Source: Octopus bimaculoides (lineage: Eukaryota). From it: a stretch of DNA of 64,000 nucleotides. The translations under genes and the position numbers were made by a program. The notes under the pieces were generated by a model. That model worked only from the letters and a program-made list of their open reading frames with translations. It did not search any database and had not been told where the DNA came from. This document shows, in pieces, positions 26,371-40,318 of the stretch (position 1 is its first letter; each line of letters starts with the position of its first letter). The stretch is taken from NCBI RefSeq assembly GCF_001194135.2, contig NC_068981.1, forward strand, positions 103,717,053 through 103,781,052. Direction: 5' to 3'.

Positions 26371-28354
26371 CAACTAGTAACGAAGCAAACATATAAAGTA
26401 TTATTTCTTATATTGTCTGTTCTAAGCTACATTACCTATTTCAGCAGCCATCGTTTGTTATCTATTTATTTATTACTTATTTAGATACATTGGACTGTTT
26501 CAAATGTGTGAAATACAGTACTACCCATAACTATGTGTTGCAGCACTGGGATGTTAATTTACTGAAAGCCGACTTTTCACTCTGCCGATACTCCAAGAAT
26601 ATCAAATTTGACAAACCACTTGTATCGATGCAACTTTTTCTAGCTGTCCGTTCATTTGCCATTTTCAGGGCAGCAAGAAGCAAATCAATTCTATGAATGT
26701 TTTCCCAGCGCTGGTGAACAAGCAGCTTGCCTGCATATACAGTAGAATCGATTTAAACTACTATACTTTTATCTTAGAAATCTTGGCCTTGATAAAACAT
26801 ACTTAACGTAAGGATTTAATATTCATTTAGTTTAGGTGGCGAGCTGTCAGAATCGTTAGCACACCATGAAAAATGCTTAGTGGCATTTCGTCAGTCTTTA
26901 CTCTCTGTGTTCAAATTCTGCCGAGGTTGACTTTGCCTTTCATCCTTCGGAATCGATAAAATAAGTACCAGTTAAGCACTGTGGTCAATCAAATCGACTT
27001 AGCCTCTCCCCCGAAATTGCTGGCCTTGTGCCAAAATTTGAAACTAATATTCGTTTAGTTTAAAGTGCGGAGGTGGCGAGTTTTTTTTTTGTTTTTTTTA
27101 TATATTTCTCTCTACTTTCCGAGTCCAAACTGAATTGGAATCGACTTTTCTTTTCAGTCTGCCAAGATTAATAAAATAAGAACGACTCATATGAACAAGG
27201 ATTGATTTGATCTAATCTACTATACTGTGCAATGTATGGCCTTGTGTAAACGGCGAGCTGGCACAAACGTTTGCACTCGGACAAAACACTTGGCGGTATT
27301 TCTTTTGGTTTTACGTTTTGAGTCCAAACTTCACCGAAGTTGATTTTGCCTTTCGACCTTTCAGAATCTATGAAATACGTACCAGTTGAGCACTGGGGTT
27401 GATGTAATCGACTAGCTCCCTCCCACTAAATTTCAGGCCCTGCCTATATAGTAGAAAGGTTAAATGTGTGGCCGTGTACAAATGTGAGAAACTCTACTGC
27501 TTGTTGGATCTCATTCGTTTTAAACTCTGCAGTTTGTGTCAATGTAACTGTAGTGGAAAAAACGGACAACAAACTAATCTGGCCTTACGTCGGTTAATGA
27601 CTTCCTATTCCAGATTTCGTTAGAGCGCTTACGAAGAAGCGCTCTAGAACATCTGTTCTAACTCAAGCAAGCAGTGTCGATTATTATATGTAGCAGAGAA
27701 TATATGCCTTTCACTACATGTAGCAGGGAATATATACCTTTCAACTGTATATGGACCGATTTTGCTTAGTGGAATATTTTCAAGTTATCAGGATTGAAGT
27801 TCATTAACTTCTGTTCTCCTATTGATGGCTACACCGGGATGCTGAAGTGTAAACGTCTTCTCACGGACACCGAATTAACGGTTACGAACTCCGAGTAAGT
27901 AAGTCGACAGTTTCTAAAGGCATAATATATGCCAAGCAGTGTCAATCGGCATCCAAAAACCACCGGAAACAAAACATGTCTCTTTTCGTTTATAGGAAAG
28001 TTGGTTATACATCATTAGATGTATACCTGACTTTCCTATATAAAATTATGAATATAAACGAAACGCTGAACTCCGGACTATCAACTTAAACAACATTTTA
28101 TTCAGGTGGTAAATATATACATCTTTAGTTCTTGTTGTTACAGCTTCTGTGTGTGTGAGTATAGTTGTTGGGACGTTGTTATGTAGGTGTAAGCGAGCTG
28201 TCGAGTGTAAGTCCGAAAGATGGAGAGTGACAGCTAAACACGTAAAGAGACTGTCTCCAGAGTTGGGTGTTGGCGACACTGCTTGACACGTCCATGCTCT
28301 ATTGCTGGCCAGCAAGAAAGAGAATGAATTGAGCGGGAACGCTTGCTTGTTTAA

Positions 28355-28392
28355 TTCCACGCATGCGTGAGACTACGCATGCGCACGGCGTT
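28355..28392. promoter_or_regulatory. Possible promoter: two tandem NRF-1-like palindromes
   Basis: ccacgcatgcgtg and actacgcatgcgca in unique, CpG-containing sequence. No associated gene identified. Confidence 0.35.
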
Positions 28393-31300
28393 ACTACACG
28401 TTTATCAACAGCCAAAACGTACTTTGTCGCACTTTCTGCTCAACGCACAAGGTCTTTCTCTCTCTCTCATGTCATTTCAGCCTTCTGTCTCAGCCCATAA
28501 TACCACAGTAGCATTATTCACCAATTGTGTAGTGATCCAGCTGTTTGCTGTGGGTATCTAATCGCAATGGGAATAGTACAACACAAGATCTTTCAGGATC
28601 CACAGAATCATAGAAGTGTGAAAGGATTAATCTCTTCAACATTACAGACTTTGAGAGAGAGAGAGAGCGAACTCTGAAAAGATGAAGGTATAGCTGACCT
28701 CGACAGATTTGAACCCAGAGCGCAGTGAACCAGAAGGCTCTCAAGGAAGTCAATTTGATGCTGACAGTTTGCCACTTTGGGATACAAACTTTCAACGGTC
28801 GGCCAGAAAGACTTAATCAGTTGCAAGATTCCAGCTTCAGTTTTACTGGTGTTTTATGCCAGATTCTAACGAGGGGTCCTCTACGTGGTCTCTCTACTTG
28901 CTAGAAATATCAGTCAAACCTTAAAAGTACACTATACTGGTTGAAATGCCTGTGATAATTGTTCTGCCTTTATATCAAAGCATTATAGAAACCTGATAAA
29001 GCTGACCTGGAGTTAAACAACAGTGTAAGATAATTAAAATAACTGAGGAAAGCGGATTGACAGAATTATTATACAGTCGGACAAAGATTTACAGTTTTTA
29101 GTTGAAATCCTGCTGATATTGAATTTCTTCTTCCTTTATTCTTCCAGCGTCAATACCAAATGACTGCTGAGGTTCTTGTAATCGACTGCTCCTTTCCTTA
29201 AAATTGCCATTGCCGCTATTTTTGTTGTAAAAAATAATTTATATTTCTTTTTTAATTTCTTATTTCAATGCGATGGAGTGGGAGAGAGCTGACGCAGCGG
29301 CGAACATGAGGTCTTAGTCATTAGTTTTATCGCTTTGCATTCTGTGTTCAAATTGCGCCATGATCGATTCCGCCATTCATCGCTAGAGGGTATACATTTA
29401 TGTTAATCGACTACGCTTCCACCCACCCAATATGTAATTGTGTGTTACATTAAGCTAAAACATGGAAATCAACAGTGTTAGCAAGGAACAGAGTGCAAAA
29501 CTTCATCACCATTTACTGACAAAAAGTATTACAGACCCAGTAACACAATACTATCATCAACCATCACCTGTGACTGAAACCGGCATAAAGGAGCCGATGA
29601 GGGAGGCTCATGTACTCGACATACAAGAAAAAACAACTAAATCTCCCTCAAATCACGCATCCCATATGCATAAGAATGCGTGAGATAATGAGGTCCTTAC
29701 ATTTCTTGTACATAGACAAAAGACGAGATGGTCAGTATGGAATGTCATAATTCTACCCAGTCAAGGTTGACCAAGGACTAAACAACAACAACTGGAATAG
29801 AGGAGTGTAGAAGATAAAATCATAAGGTCGTGGCTGAAGTCGGATTTTCTATATTCCTCAAGCCTGATTCCCGCTTCATCTTGCAAGGTCTAACTTAAAA
29901 ATCTCTCAAGAAAAAGAAGGCACACAAGGACCTCCAGACGTCAAGACACTGAAGAAGATATCAGAACTAACTGAAAGGAGAAGTCTAGAGAAAGCTCGTC
30001 TGCGGTCTGTAATCCAGTAGGTGGGTGTTTAGGAGCCGGATTCGTATATCAGACAGATGCTAATGCAAACATTTCCCAACGGATAATGTGAGATGTCAGA
30101 TAATTAAATCAAGAGGACAGCTAAGAACTCTCCAATAGAGAGATCACTATCCTATATCACGTTTCTTGCATATGGTGTGTCTATTAACACACTTAACAGG
30201 CATTGGTCGAGTCCACTTATTTCTAAGTTGCTACTGTTGTGTAGTACTAACTCATGCATTACGATCAAAATCATTCTAGCCGTAACTATCCTGTCGTTTC
30301 CCATGTGCAGGGAAACCAAGACCACAATTATCCAGCCTGTCCATTTTTAAGACACTTCATTGACTTAGAGAAGATTTAACTATTTTTCTTGCAAGTCGAG
30401 CGACTACGTAGAGGCGCTCAGGGGATAGAATCGTTGGCTTTCAGCAGTAAGTTCCGTTCCTCCTGCGAGAGAAGCTATTTGCAAAGGCCGTTCTTCTAAC
30501 CAAGAAGAGATGTAACTCTCATCCACTCGACGCTACGGAAACTGCAAAGTCAGGAATCCTTACTATTTCAAAATATTAGTTAATTAGCTAAAAGTTGCAA
30601 CAAAGAAATTGTTTCGCATATAAACAAATAAAGAAATGAAAATATATAAATCATACTCTTGCGAGGAACGTATGCGTGTGAATCTAACTCACACAAGTGT
30701 GCGTATGAGTAATAAAAGGTAGGGAAGAGAGTAGAGAGAAGAAGCGGGAGAGGGAAAAACAAGATGTAAGGGGAGAAAGTGAAAGAGAAAAAGGAAGAGA
30801 GTGAATGATAAGTGAGTAGGTCGTAATCTTTGCCGTGGCCAAAGACCTCACACATCACACTATATCATCCTCTTAAACAAAAACAATCATACTGGCGTAC
30901 TAAGCGTAAAAAGCGAACCAAATGATTAACTTTATTCATTGATAAGTAACCTGACCTAATATTTTCTAACACTGTACCATTATCCTGTTTAAACGCTTAA
31001 ATAACCTTGAAATTATCTCTTCTTAAGATATCCGTTATCTATTTTGCTTCTACATTTCCTTCTTGATTAATTTTTTTCTCTATTTATTCGACAACATGTG
31101 TGTTGTGTGAATGTGTTCTTGTCTGCGTGTGTGGATATTTCGTTTTTCGTTACCTTGTTTTATAGTGGATGTTTCTGAGTGAGCACAAGCGTAGCTGTAT
31201 CGTTTACAACTTTCGCTTCGCAAGCATATAGTTCTGGGATCAATCCCATTGCATGGCATCATTGAGAAAGCGTATTCGAACATATCAACGAGCCAACGTA

Positions 31301-32597
31301 GACTTAGGAAAGAATACAGATAAGTGGATACTGTGCAGAAGCACATCGGATGCATTACACTTGTTCTGATTAGAACTTTATCCGTCAGCCAGTTTAGGAC
31401 CGCCACCTGGTCCTTCAATGCCTTTACAGGATTCCTCTCAGTTGCAGATATTTGAACTAAGATTCCAGTTTTAAATAAAATTTCTGCCTTCTTCTCATGA
31501 GTTTCAGATTCTCTCTCTCTCTCTCTCTCTCTCTCTCNNNNNNNNNNNNNNNNNNNNNNNNNNNNNNNNNNNNNNNNNNNNNNNNNNNNNNNNNNNNNNN
31601 GTGTGTGTGTGTGTATATATATAATTTTTATTTTTGTTACAAACAGAAACCATGGACGCTAGTTAGACAGCATTTCTTAAGAACTTATAGGTGCCGTAAA
31701 CTCTTTAATTACCCTCAACGTCAAAGTTATCTATTTGCGTTCAGATAATATCGCTTCTCTCATTTGCTCACTACAAAAGAAGTAAATTAGTGTTCAGTCT
31801 TCACTCTAGGCTATAACTGCCGGAATCTTACCAACTGTTCAGTAGGAAGATCCTGCTTCTCAAAGGCTGTAGTCTATAGAGCCACCACACACCATTCGAT
31901 GGCATCACAAGACATGATAACCATGTTTTCAAGGAAAGGTCTACGCTGCACATGCAATCCTTCGGATGTGAAGACATGAAAATATCCACTTCTTTGAACT
32001 GCTTCATTTGGAGACACTGAGATTAAGGTAACGACTTCTCTAGCATCACATAGAGCATCATCGACAGAGGAGTTCGAAACTGTCGACTTACTCATCTGGA
32101 GTTCGTAACCGTTAATCCAGGGTCCGTGAGAAGACATATATACTTCAGCAGCCTGGTGTAGCCATCAATAGGATAACAGAAGTTAATGAACTTCAATTCT
32201 GATAACTTGAAAATACTCAACTAAGCAAAGTTGGTCCAAATCCAACTGAAAGGCATATATTCTCTGCTACGTGTAATGAGATGTTCACCTATTCAGTGCG
32301 CTATAATTGTGGCCTGCAATCACTCGAATATATATTGCACCACTCTCTTTCTCCCCTCTCTCTCTCTTCTCTCTCCCCCTCTCCCTCAATCGCTTATCTA
32401 CTTCTCTTACAGTAACACATAAAACAGAATTGAACGAGATAATTCTTTTATCTATTTGTAAACGAGTAAATATTTAAAGTAAATATCTAAAACTATTTTT
32501 TAAATAGCACACTATTAACAAAAATAAATAAACAAATTATAATTATTAGATTTTAAAAAACTTGTTATATATATACATATTTATATATATATATACA

Positions 32598-32658
<61 letters not shown>

Positions 32659-33535
32659 TCACATATATATTCTGTCTGAACAACTTTGACATTTTCCTGT
32701 GACTACCAATTTCATAGCTGAAAATAAAATGAAGATTAAAACTCAGACGACGATCAGTGACAGAGTTGGGTTGGGAGTGTATAACGATAAATAAAAGTAA
32801 ATCAAACAAAATAATATAACAACATAAATGGCATTTCATTTTAATTAGTTTATTTGTTTGTTTATTTTGAAAGAATGACTGCCTTGATTATGGTATTCCT
32901 TAGACCAATAGTTCTCTTATATGGCCCCCGGTGGGGGTCCATATAAGGTTTCGTCGTTAAAATTTATTTGCAATAAATTGATTATAATTCTACAATACAC
33001 AATACAATTCCTAATATTTCATTATAAAAATATGAGTTTTTTTTAAATTTCGAATGGTTATGAGGGTCCATCCGAGTAAAATAGGAATAAAAAGAGGTTT
33101 ATTGCTAAAGACTGGTGTGAGTAAGGGTTTCTAACATTGGCACAATGGCACATGTTTCAGGGATCGATTGAGTTGATCAGTCAACCCCACTCTGTAGTTA
33201 CACTTGGTTAGTTTAATTATTTCATTGCCTTCTCTTCCTTTCTTAAAATGTCATCTCGGACATGATTTTGAACTAGAATCTAAATATACAAAAATGCATT
33301 TAATTTAGTGCTCTACACCAAATTAAATGCATTTTTTGCTATCCATTACTCCAAAACAAAATATGGACAACGATACTTCAACGACCAACACCACCAACGT
33401 CGCCGCCATCATCATCATCATCATCATCGTCGTCGTCATCATCATAACCACAAGTATTTCACTTTTAACTCATTGCTTTTAATTCATTACATGTAATACT
33501 CGGAACACATTTCGCTGGCGTCCATGCATCATATA

Positions 33536-34060
33536 TGATGATCATCACCATCTGGTCGAGGTTGCGGGGACATTTTTAACCCGCACCCACCATCCATCTT
33601 GGCCCTGCATTAGTTGAGGGAGGTCTTCGGGGATGCATCCAGTGTCTCTGGTGAATTGGCCTACATACGTTGTGTTCGGACATCCTGCTCGCGTACGGCC
33701 ATGCTTTGGCATCCGTAGCAGTAGATCACTTGCCAGCTCTTGTTTTGTTCGCCAACTAAGTCTCGCAAAATACAAGCGCTTTTTCCTTCTGATAATGGAA
33801 ACAGACAGTTTTCTACACAGCTGAAAAGGATGTAAAAACTCGGACAGTCAAAGCATGGTCGGCCCTAAACAAATTGGATGCTGTCTGAAAATCAACTCTG
33901 TCAGACAACTTTAAAAGGAATTTTTTTCCGTGCAACAGTAGAGTCAGCCCTTTTATATGGAGCAACAGTCCGGACGCTTGCCCAAAATTGGAATCCAAGC
34001 TAGATGGAACTTACACCCCAAATGTTAAGAGCAATCTAAAACGTATCTTGGAGAACTCAT
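33536..34060. mobile_element. RTE LINE 3' fragment with inverted 5' segment
   Basis: Minus 33823->33536: QLCRKLSVSIIRRKKRLYFARLSWRTKQELASDLLL...W with a (GAT) tail. Plus 33818->34060: EKDVKTR..KAWSALNKL...FFRATVESALLYG...SWRTH. Confidence 0.8.
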
Positions 34061-36364
34061 CATTTACCATATACATTCCTAATTTTCTTTAACAACTACC
34101 TGAGTATCATGGGATTAATCTTCTATCTTTTACTCGTTTCAGTCATTAGACTGCGGCCATGCTGGGGCACCACTTTGAAGAAATTTTAGTAAAGCCTGGT
34201 ACTTATTCTATCAGTCTCTTTTGCCGAACCACTTGGTTACGGGGACATAAACATGCCAGCACCGGTTATCAAACAGTGGGGGAGGGACAAGCTCAGGTAC
34301 AAAGACACACACACACACACAACACATACATACATACATACATACATACATACATACATGCATGCATACACACACACACATACATGTATAGGATTTGATT
34401 TACGTAATTTTCACTTATATTGTATGGATTTTCTTCTATATGTACCTAAGTTTATATAAAACATACTTTAGATGAAGTTCCGACAAGTTATGACACATAA
34501 AGTATATATCTTAAATGAAACCAAAGGTAAACTTTTTCTGTCATATTTTGAAAACTCATAATTCTAAAAGGTTTAGTGAACGTTTTTGGTGGAAATGTGT
34601 CCAGATTATCTAAGATATCTTTGATATAGGTTCAGATACCGTTTCAAACGACTGGAGAATTTTTCGTTATTTCACATGTTTCACGGATATCTTTATTGCA
34701 TACAAATAGAAATCGGAAACGCACAAAACTCACGTTTACATACATACATACATATATACATACATACATACATACATACATACANNNNNNNNNNCAAAAA
34801 ACAAGACAGGAAAACAAACAGAAAAGGCTATACGGCCAGACGGTCTACCAAATCTACTCGCAAGGCTTTGGTCGGTCCGAGGCTACAGCAAAACCCGGAA
34901 CCATGTGGTTGGGAAGCAAGCTTCTAATCATACAGCTACAAAAGGAAACTTTACATTATTCAGAACGTATGAAACAAAGGCCAACTAAAAGTCTGAAAAG
35001 AAGCATGAAGGTTTTGGACAAACTTACAAAAATGCATTGGACAAGCAAAGAGTTAAGAGTCAACGAGGGAGCTTTTAAGTAATTGCTTGATCTGCTAAAA
35101 ATAGCAGCCAAATCTTTAAATCACGCCCTACCGTTTCTTTTTAACGTTGCGTTAAGATAACGTGATCTTGACTTTTCAGTACACAGAAAACAGATAGGAT
35201 GCCCGTTGCCATAATGACGTTGAACATGAATTTGCTCAATTGGGATTCATATGGGCAATTTCGTGCTTGCAATAATAGTTTAGCTATGTAGTATAGTAAA
35301 CCTACAAGCGAAACTTTTGGTGATTACCAATTTACTCCTAGAAATTAGAGAGAAATGTCACAGAGAAGTGAAAAAGTCTTCATGAATATTCTACATTCAT
35401 AAATGCTTCAATAAATGCATTCAAATGTCAATTCTGCGTTTGCCAATAGGCTGGTTTCTGTTTCTATCTGCAAAGAAGGAAGTACGTATACATACATACA
35501 TACATACATACATACATACATACATACATACATTTTACGCACACTCAAATACGATCATACATACATATATACATACACACTCACACATACATACATGCGT
35601 ATAGTTGTGTGTTCATGCACGCACACACACTCGTGTGTGTAAAGAAGGTGTGGGCTTTATGCTTCTACGTGTGAAAACATTATAAAGTGCTCAATGGGTA
35701 CTTAATAGAAGGGAGGTATGAGGAATCCGGTAGTGTGCGTTTAAATTTAGTAAATATGACATTAGTTTCATACTATAATTTCAAACTGATATTCAAGTAA
35801 ATACACGCACTCACACACACAAACACACACACATGGACACTTGCACGCATGCACGTGCGCGCACACGCGCGTATAAACAGAGTTTCCTATAATGAAGAGG
35901 CACTTTTTAAACACAAGTAACAGGAAAAAATACTTTTAAAGATGGGCGAATATAGACGATCCTGTAAATTACAATATGCCCTCTCGTTATGTGACGCACT
36001 GCATGTGTGTGTGGGTGGACGACCCCGAAATGTTGGATTTTCCACTCGCCGCGACAATTTTACCGTATTCTTTCTCTTGATTATTTCTAAATAATACAAG
36101 TCTCCTACTAAATGTGTTGGGTGCCTTTTCCTATTGTTTGTCCACTTACTCGTATGCGTGTGTGTGTATGAGAGAGAGAGAGAGAGAGAGTATATATATA
36201 TATATAAATATATATATANNNNNNNNNNNNNNNNNNNNNNNNNNNNNNNNNNNNNNNNNNNNNNNNNNNNNNNNNNNNNNNNNNNNNNNNNNNNNNNNNN
36301 NNNNNNNNNNNNNNNNNNNNNNNNNNNNNNNNNNNNNNNNNNNNNTATACAGAGAAAGAAGAAG

Positions 36365-36755
36365 AAGTTGGTGAATGCCGCCATAATCCTTGCATTCAGT
36401 TCATCTTTAGTGTTACAAAGAGTTTTGTTGGTCTCTCGCTCAGCTGTGCTCCACACATAATAACCAAGGGTGTGGCAGTTTGGGAAGTTAAGTGGCTAGA
36501 TGTTAGGGGTGATGTGGTCGCAGAAATTGTCTGACAGCCATGACTGGGTTCTCCTGTTTGTGTGGCATGGTGCAGAGTCCTGTTGCTAGACATAGGGTTT
36601 TCCAGCAGGCACCCACTTGATCCAGACCAGCACTACCTCCTCCAGGCACTTGATGTAGGCCTCTGTGTTGAGTCTGAGGCCGTGTGGAAAGATAAATGGA
36701 GGTATAACGTCGCCATCACAAGTGATCGCTCCAAGCACCATGATGTTGACTAGAT
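36365..36755 (-). pseudogene. Tc1/mariner DD37D (maT-like) transposase fragment
   Basis: IMVLGAITCDGDVIPPFIFPHGLRLNTEAY...QQDSAPCH...PNCHTLGYYVW...TKDEL. There are 37 residues between the second D and the mutated third D position. Confidence 0.8.
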
Positions 36756-36776
36756 GTCTGAGTTATGAGTTCAAAC

Positions 36777-37195
36777 TCAAATTGCAGTACAACTTGTTAT
36801 TGATGTCCATATAATGAAAAAAATGGTTACTTTTCGAAGAGAACGCGAAGTTTGACACGCTTTTCGAGGACAACGAAATATAGGTCTGTATTCTGCACTT
36901 CTGTCACGTTTTCGTTTTTCTTGCATGACGCTACCATATCGATGACAAGGGTCTGCTTCTTGTGATGTATTCAGAAGATTGTTTTCTTGTAAAAATATAA
37001 CTGTTGTTTCCTCTGTAAAATTTAAACGTCTATAGAAATCCTTTAACAGCATTGTAATGGTTAAAATTAAATCAGGTTAAGAGGGTAAGCAAAGGTAGTC
37101 CGCACGCTAAAAGCAATTTCACAGCGTAGATAGGATACTGTGGTAGACCGTACGCTAAAGTAGCACTCTCGAGACTATGGTTAAAGTCACCTCTA
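36777..37195 (-). mobile_element. Merlin (IS1595/IS1016-like) transposon 5' fragment
   Basis: ORF 36777-37052: FLQENNLL...CHRYG..M...FRCPRKACQTSRSLRK..FF resembles the Merlin N-terminal zinc ribbon. Upstream are the repeated motif ggtag.cc..acgctaaa (twice) and a GGTGAC-type end near 37191. Confidence 0.55.
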
Positions 37196-37960
37196 CAAGA
37201 TGACACGTAGTGGACTTGAACATGGAGCCTCATGACTGTGAAGCGAACTACTTAACTACCTTGCCAAGCCGGCATCCACCTGCACACGCACACATTCTTA
37301 GCTATACTTGTGTTATATACATATATACATACACAAATTGTTTGAAATTGGGAGAATTGATAAGATATTTTACTATTATCCTCCTGTCCACCTGCTCCTC
37401 ATAGACTTTAAGGCGTATAATTAAGCCAGGCACTTCATTCTAAACTTAATTAATCGAACTTTTTCAACTCACTATATTACTTACGTGATGCAAAAGCGGC
37501 GAGCCGGCAAAATGGTTAGCACGCCGTATTAGCACAGCGGTATTCTCGTTTTACGTTCGGAGTTCAAATGCCACTGGGATCAACCTTGGTTTTCATCCTT
37601 CCGGTGTTGATTAAATAAATACCAGTCGAGTACTGAGGTTGATGTAAACAACTTTATCCCTCTCCCCGAACTTGCTGGCCTTGTACCAAAATTTGAAACC
37701 AATATCACTTATGTGAGGCTAAGGCAGCGAGCCGGACAAAATGTTCAGCAGTATTTCTTCTAGCTTCACGTTATGAGTTCAAATGCCACCGAGATCAACT
37801 TTGTCTTTCATCCATTCGGGATAGATAAACTAAAGTACCAGTCGTATATTTAACTTGCTTTCTTCCTTAAAAAATTGTTAGCCGTGTACTAAAATTAAAA
37901 AGATAACTACATGTGTGGGTCCCGACTGAAAATTAATATGGAAAGTAGATTTCCAAATAC

Positions 37961-38310
37961 GCGCAGGCATGGCTGTGTCTAAGAAGCTTGCTTCCCAACC
38001 ACATGATTCTGGATTCAGTCCCACTGCGTAGCACCTTCAACAAGTGTCTTCTACTATAACTCACTATATTTATGTGTGCTTGTCTTTGCGTCTGTGTTTG
38101 TCCCTCCACCATCGCTTGACAACCGATGCTGGTGTGTTTATGTCCCCGTAACTTAGCGGCTCGGCCAAAGACCGATAGAATAAGTACTAGGCTTACAAAG
38201 AATAAGTCCTCGGGTCGATTTCTTCAACTAAAAAAAACTCTCTAAGGCGGTGCCCCAGCTTGGCCGCAGTCAAATGACTGAAACGTGTAAAAGAATAAAC
38301 GAAAAGAAAA
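37961..38310 (+). mobile_element. tRNA/CORE-type SINE (family B), near full length
   Basis: gcaggcatggctgtg..aagaagcttgcttcccaaccacatg...ggattcagtccc...caagtgtcttctactata...gaccgatagaataagtactaggc...gcagtcaaatgactgaaac. Other copies on the minus strand at about 34130-34330, 34800-34940, 40080-40463 and 59023-59348. Confidence 0.85.
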
Positions 38311-40273
38311 TGCATGAAAAATTACTAGTTATCAAGCTCTAGGTCAGCATTAATTGATCATACATAAGATCAAAGGCATGCCAACCTGGACCATCTCTTA
38401 CTACTTATTTGTTTATAGGCATCATGCATCCAGGATCACATCATCCAATGTGCACTTATGCTCTAATATAATAAATATTATGGATATTTTCTGTTTGGGT
38501 GCCAGTTTTCAATCTCTTCAATTTCTGCTCGAATTCATTTCAAATTCGATGCAATGATGTAGTTTTATATGCTAATCAATGCCGTGAAATTCATTTTCGC
38601 CATAAATCAATAGATAAAGGGTTATTAGCTTTTAAGTTTGCAAATTTTGGATAATTTTAGCCAATCGTAGGCCATGGACACATTCATGTCTGTAACAAGC
38701 CAAACAAGAACTCTTTTGTCTGCGTAATATTCTACACGAAAGCATGTGCGTCGACCTTGTATTCTACTGCTTGTGCCCATCTGTTGCTTGTACCCTGGTC
38801 GAGAGATGTGTTAAAAATAATAGCCAAATAGGTCTTAAATCACGTACTCCCTCTACCCCCTACCCCCAATTTCCTTTTTCTTTTTGTATTAACGCATAAA
38901 TTCCCAAGTGTAGAATATAAATTCGCAAAATTTTTCTGAAAATTCCAAAAGATAAAAAAGTTACGAGGTTATATGTCATGCGTAAAGCAGAAGTTAATTT
39001 ATTTACAGTTTCATATTAAAACACGTCACGCACAAAATGACAGCTTCCAAGTCCTGTTTTCTGACTGGGTGAAAATTATCAAATTTTAAACCTCTAAACT
39101 TTTTTTCTGTTTTTTTTTAAGTGAAATATATCCTGAAATTCAGCTTGGCAAACTAATACACCAAATTTTAAAATTTTCAACAAAATTTGAAATCTTCACA
39201 GCTGCAGACAAACAGAGAAGATCCAATATTATTAACTATATATACTTAATGGATATGCCTTGTGTATTTTCCGGTGGCTGCAATAGCGTGGCGGAGTATA
39301 TACACTCTCAAAGCGCTGGGTGTTTTAACACCTCAGAGTCACGGACAGGTGAGATAACTCACTCTATATACGACAGTTCTCTGATTGTTTATATCACTGA
39401 GTTAGTTGCGCAAATCCTTGACGTTTTGGATAAGCACTGTTAAACGGAGCCGTCCATCCATCCTTTGGCTGACAGTTTAACTTCTTATGGACTCGGCTCA
39501 CGATTTTGCCAGCCAGACCTGATTGCTTCGTGAAGTAAATGCAGCAAATGCATAACATGAAAAAAAGTTACACACGCAAACGCGCGTTCTCTCTCCTCAC
39601 TCTCTCTCACTCATACACACACATATACACATACGTATAGGCGTGCGCGCACACGCACGTATATATTCTGATTAAACAGGCGTGTGTATTTTCAGAGAGT
39701 AATTATCCATTCAGCGAAAGGGAGGACATGACCTACTATCTTGTTGTTCAAATGTGCTACTTGACTTATTGACACCTAGCAATCTCTTTTTCCACTACAA
39801 AGAATCAGCAAAGATAAGCAAGCTGTGAAATTGACATTAACACATGATACAAGAGACATAGATGATTGGGATTTGCGACGAGAACGAAACCATACGGACA
39901 CTCAACACAGAACATATCTGTATTATTAATTATCCATTAATCTATTTAGCCATATCCCCCCCCACACACACACACGTGTGCGAGTGTCTGTTTTATCTTT
40001 ATATGTGTGCGTGTATCTCTATTTGTATATGTGTAAATACTTATTACATTGTATAGTGAGTGTGTGTGTGTGTGTGTCTTTCATATATCTTTTACTTGTT
40101 TCAGTCATTTGACTGCAGTCATGCTGGGGTACTGCCTCAAAAGGTTATTTTTTAGTTGAACAAATTAACTCTAGAACTTATTTTTTAAGCCTAGTACTTA
40201 TTCTATCGGTCTCTTTTGCAGAACGTGTTAAATGACATCAGTTGTCAAGTGGTGGTGATGGGGACACACATAG

Positions 40274-40318
<45 letters not shown>

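Noticed and set aside
32916-32947. 14-bp GC-cored hairpin cttatatggccccc-ggt-gggggtccatataag
   Set aside because: It lies in sequence resembling hAT-MITE subterminal ggggtccat motifs and is explained as a repeat remnant.
38560-39245. Possible additional minus-strand Helitron-like element
   Set aside because: The 5' end lacks TC and the 3' hairpin/CTAG is too degraded to support a call.
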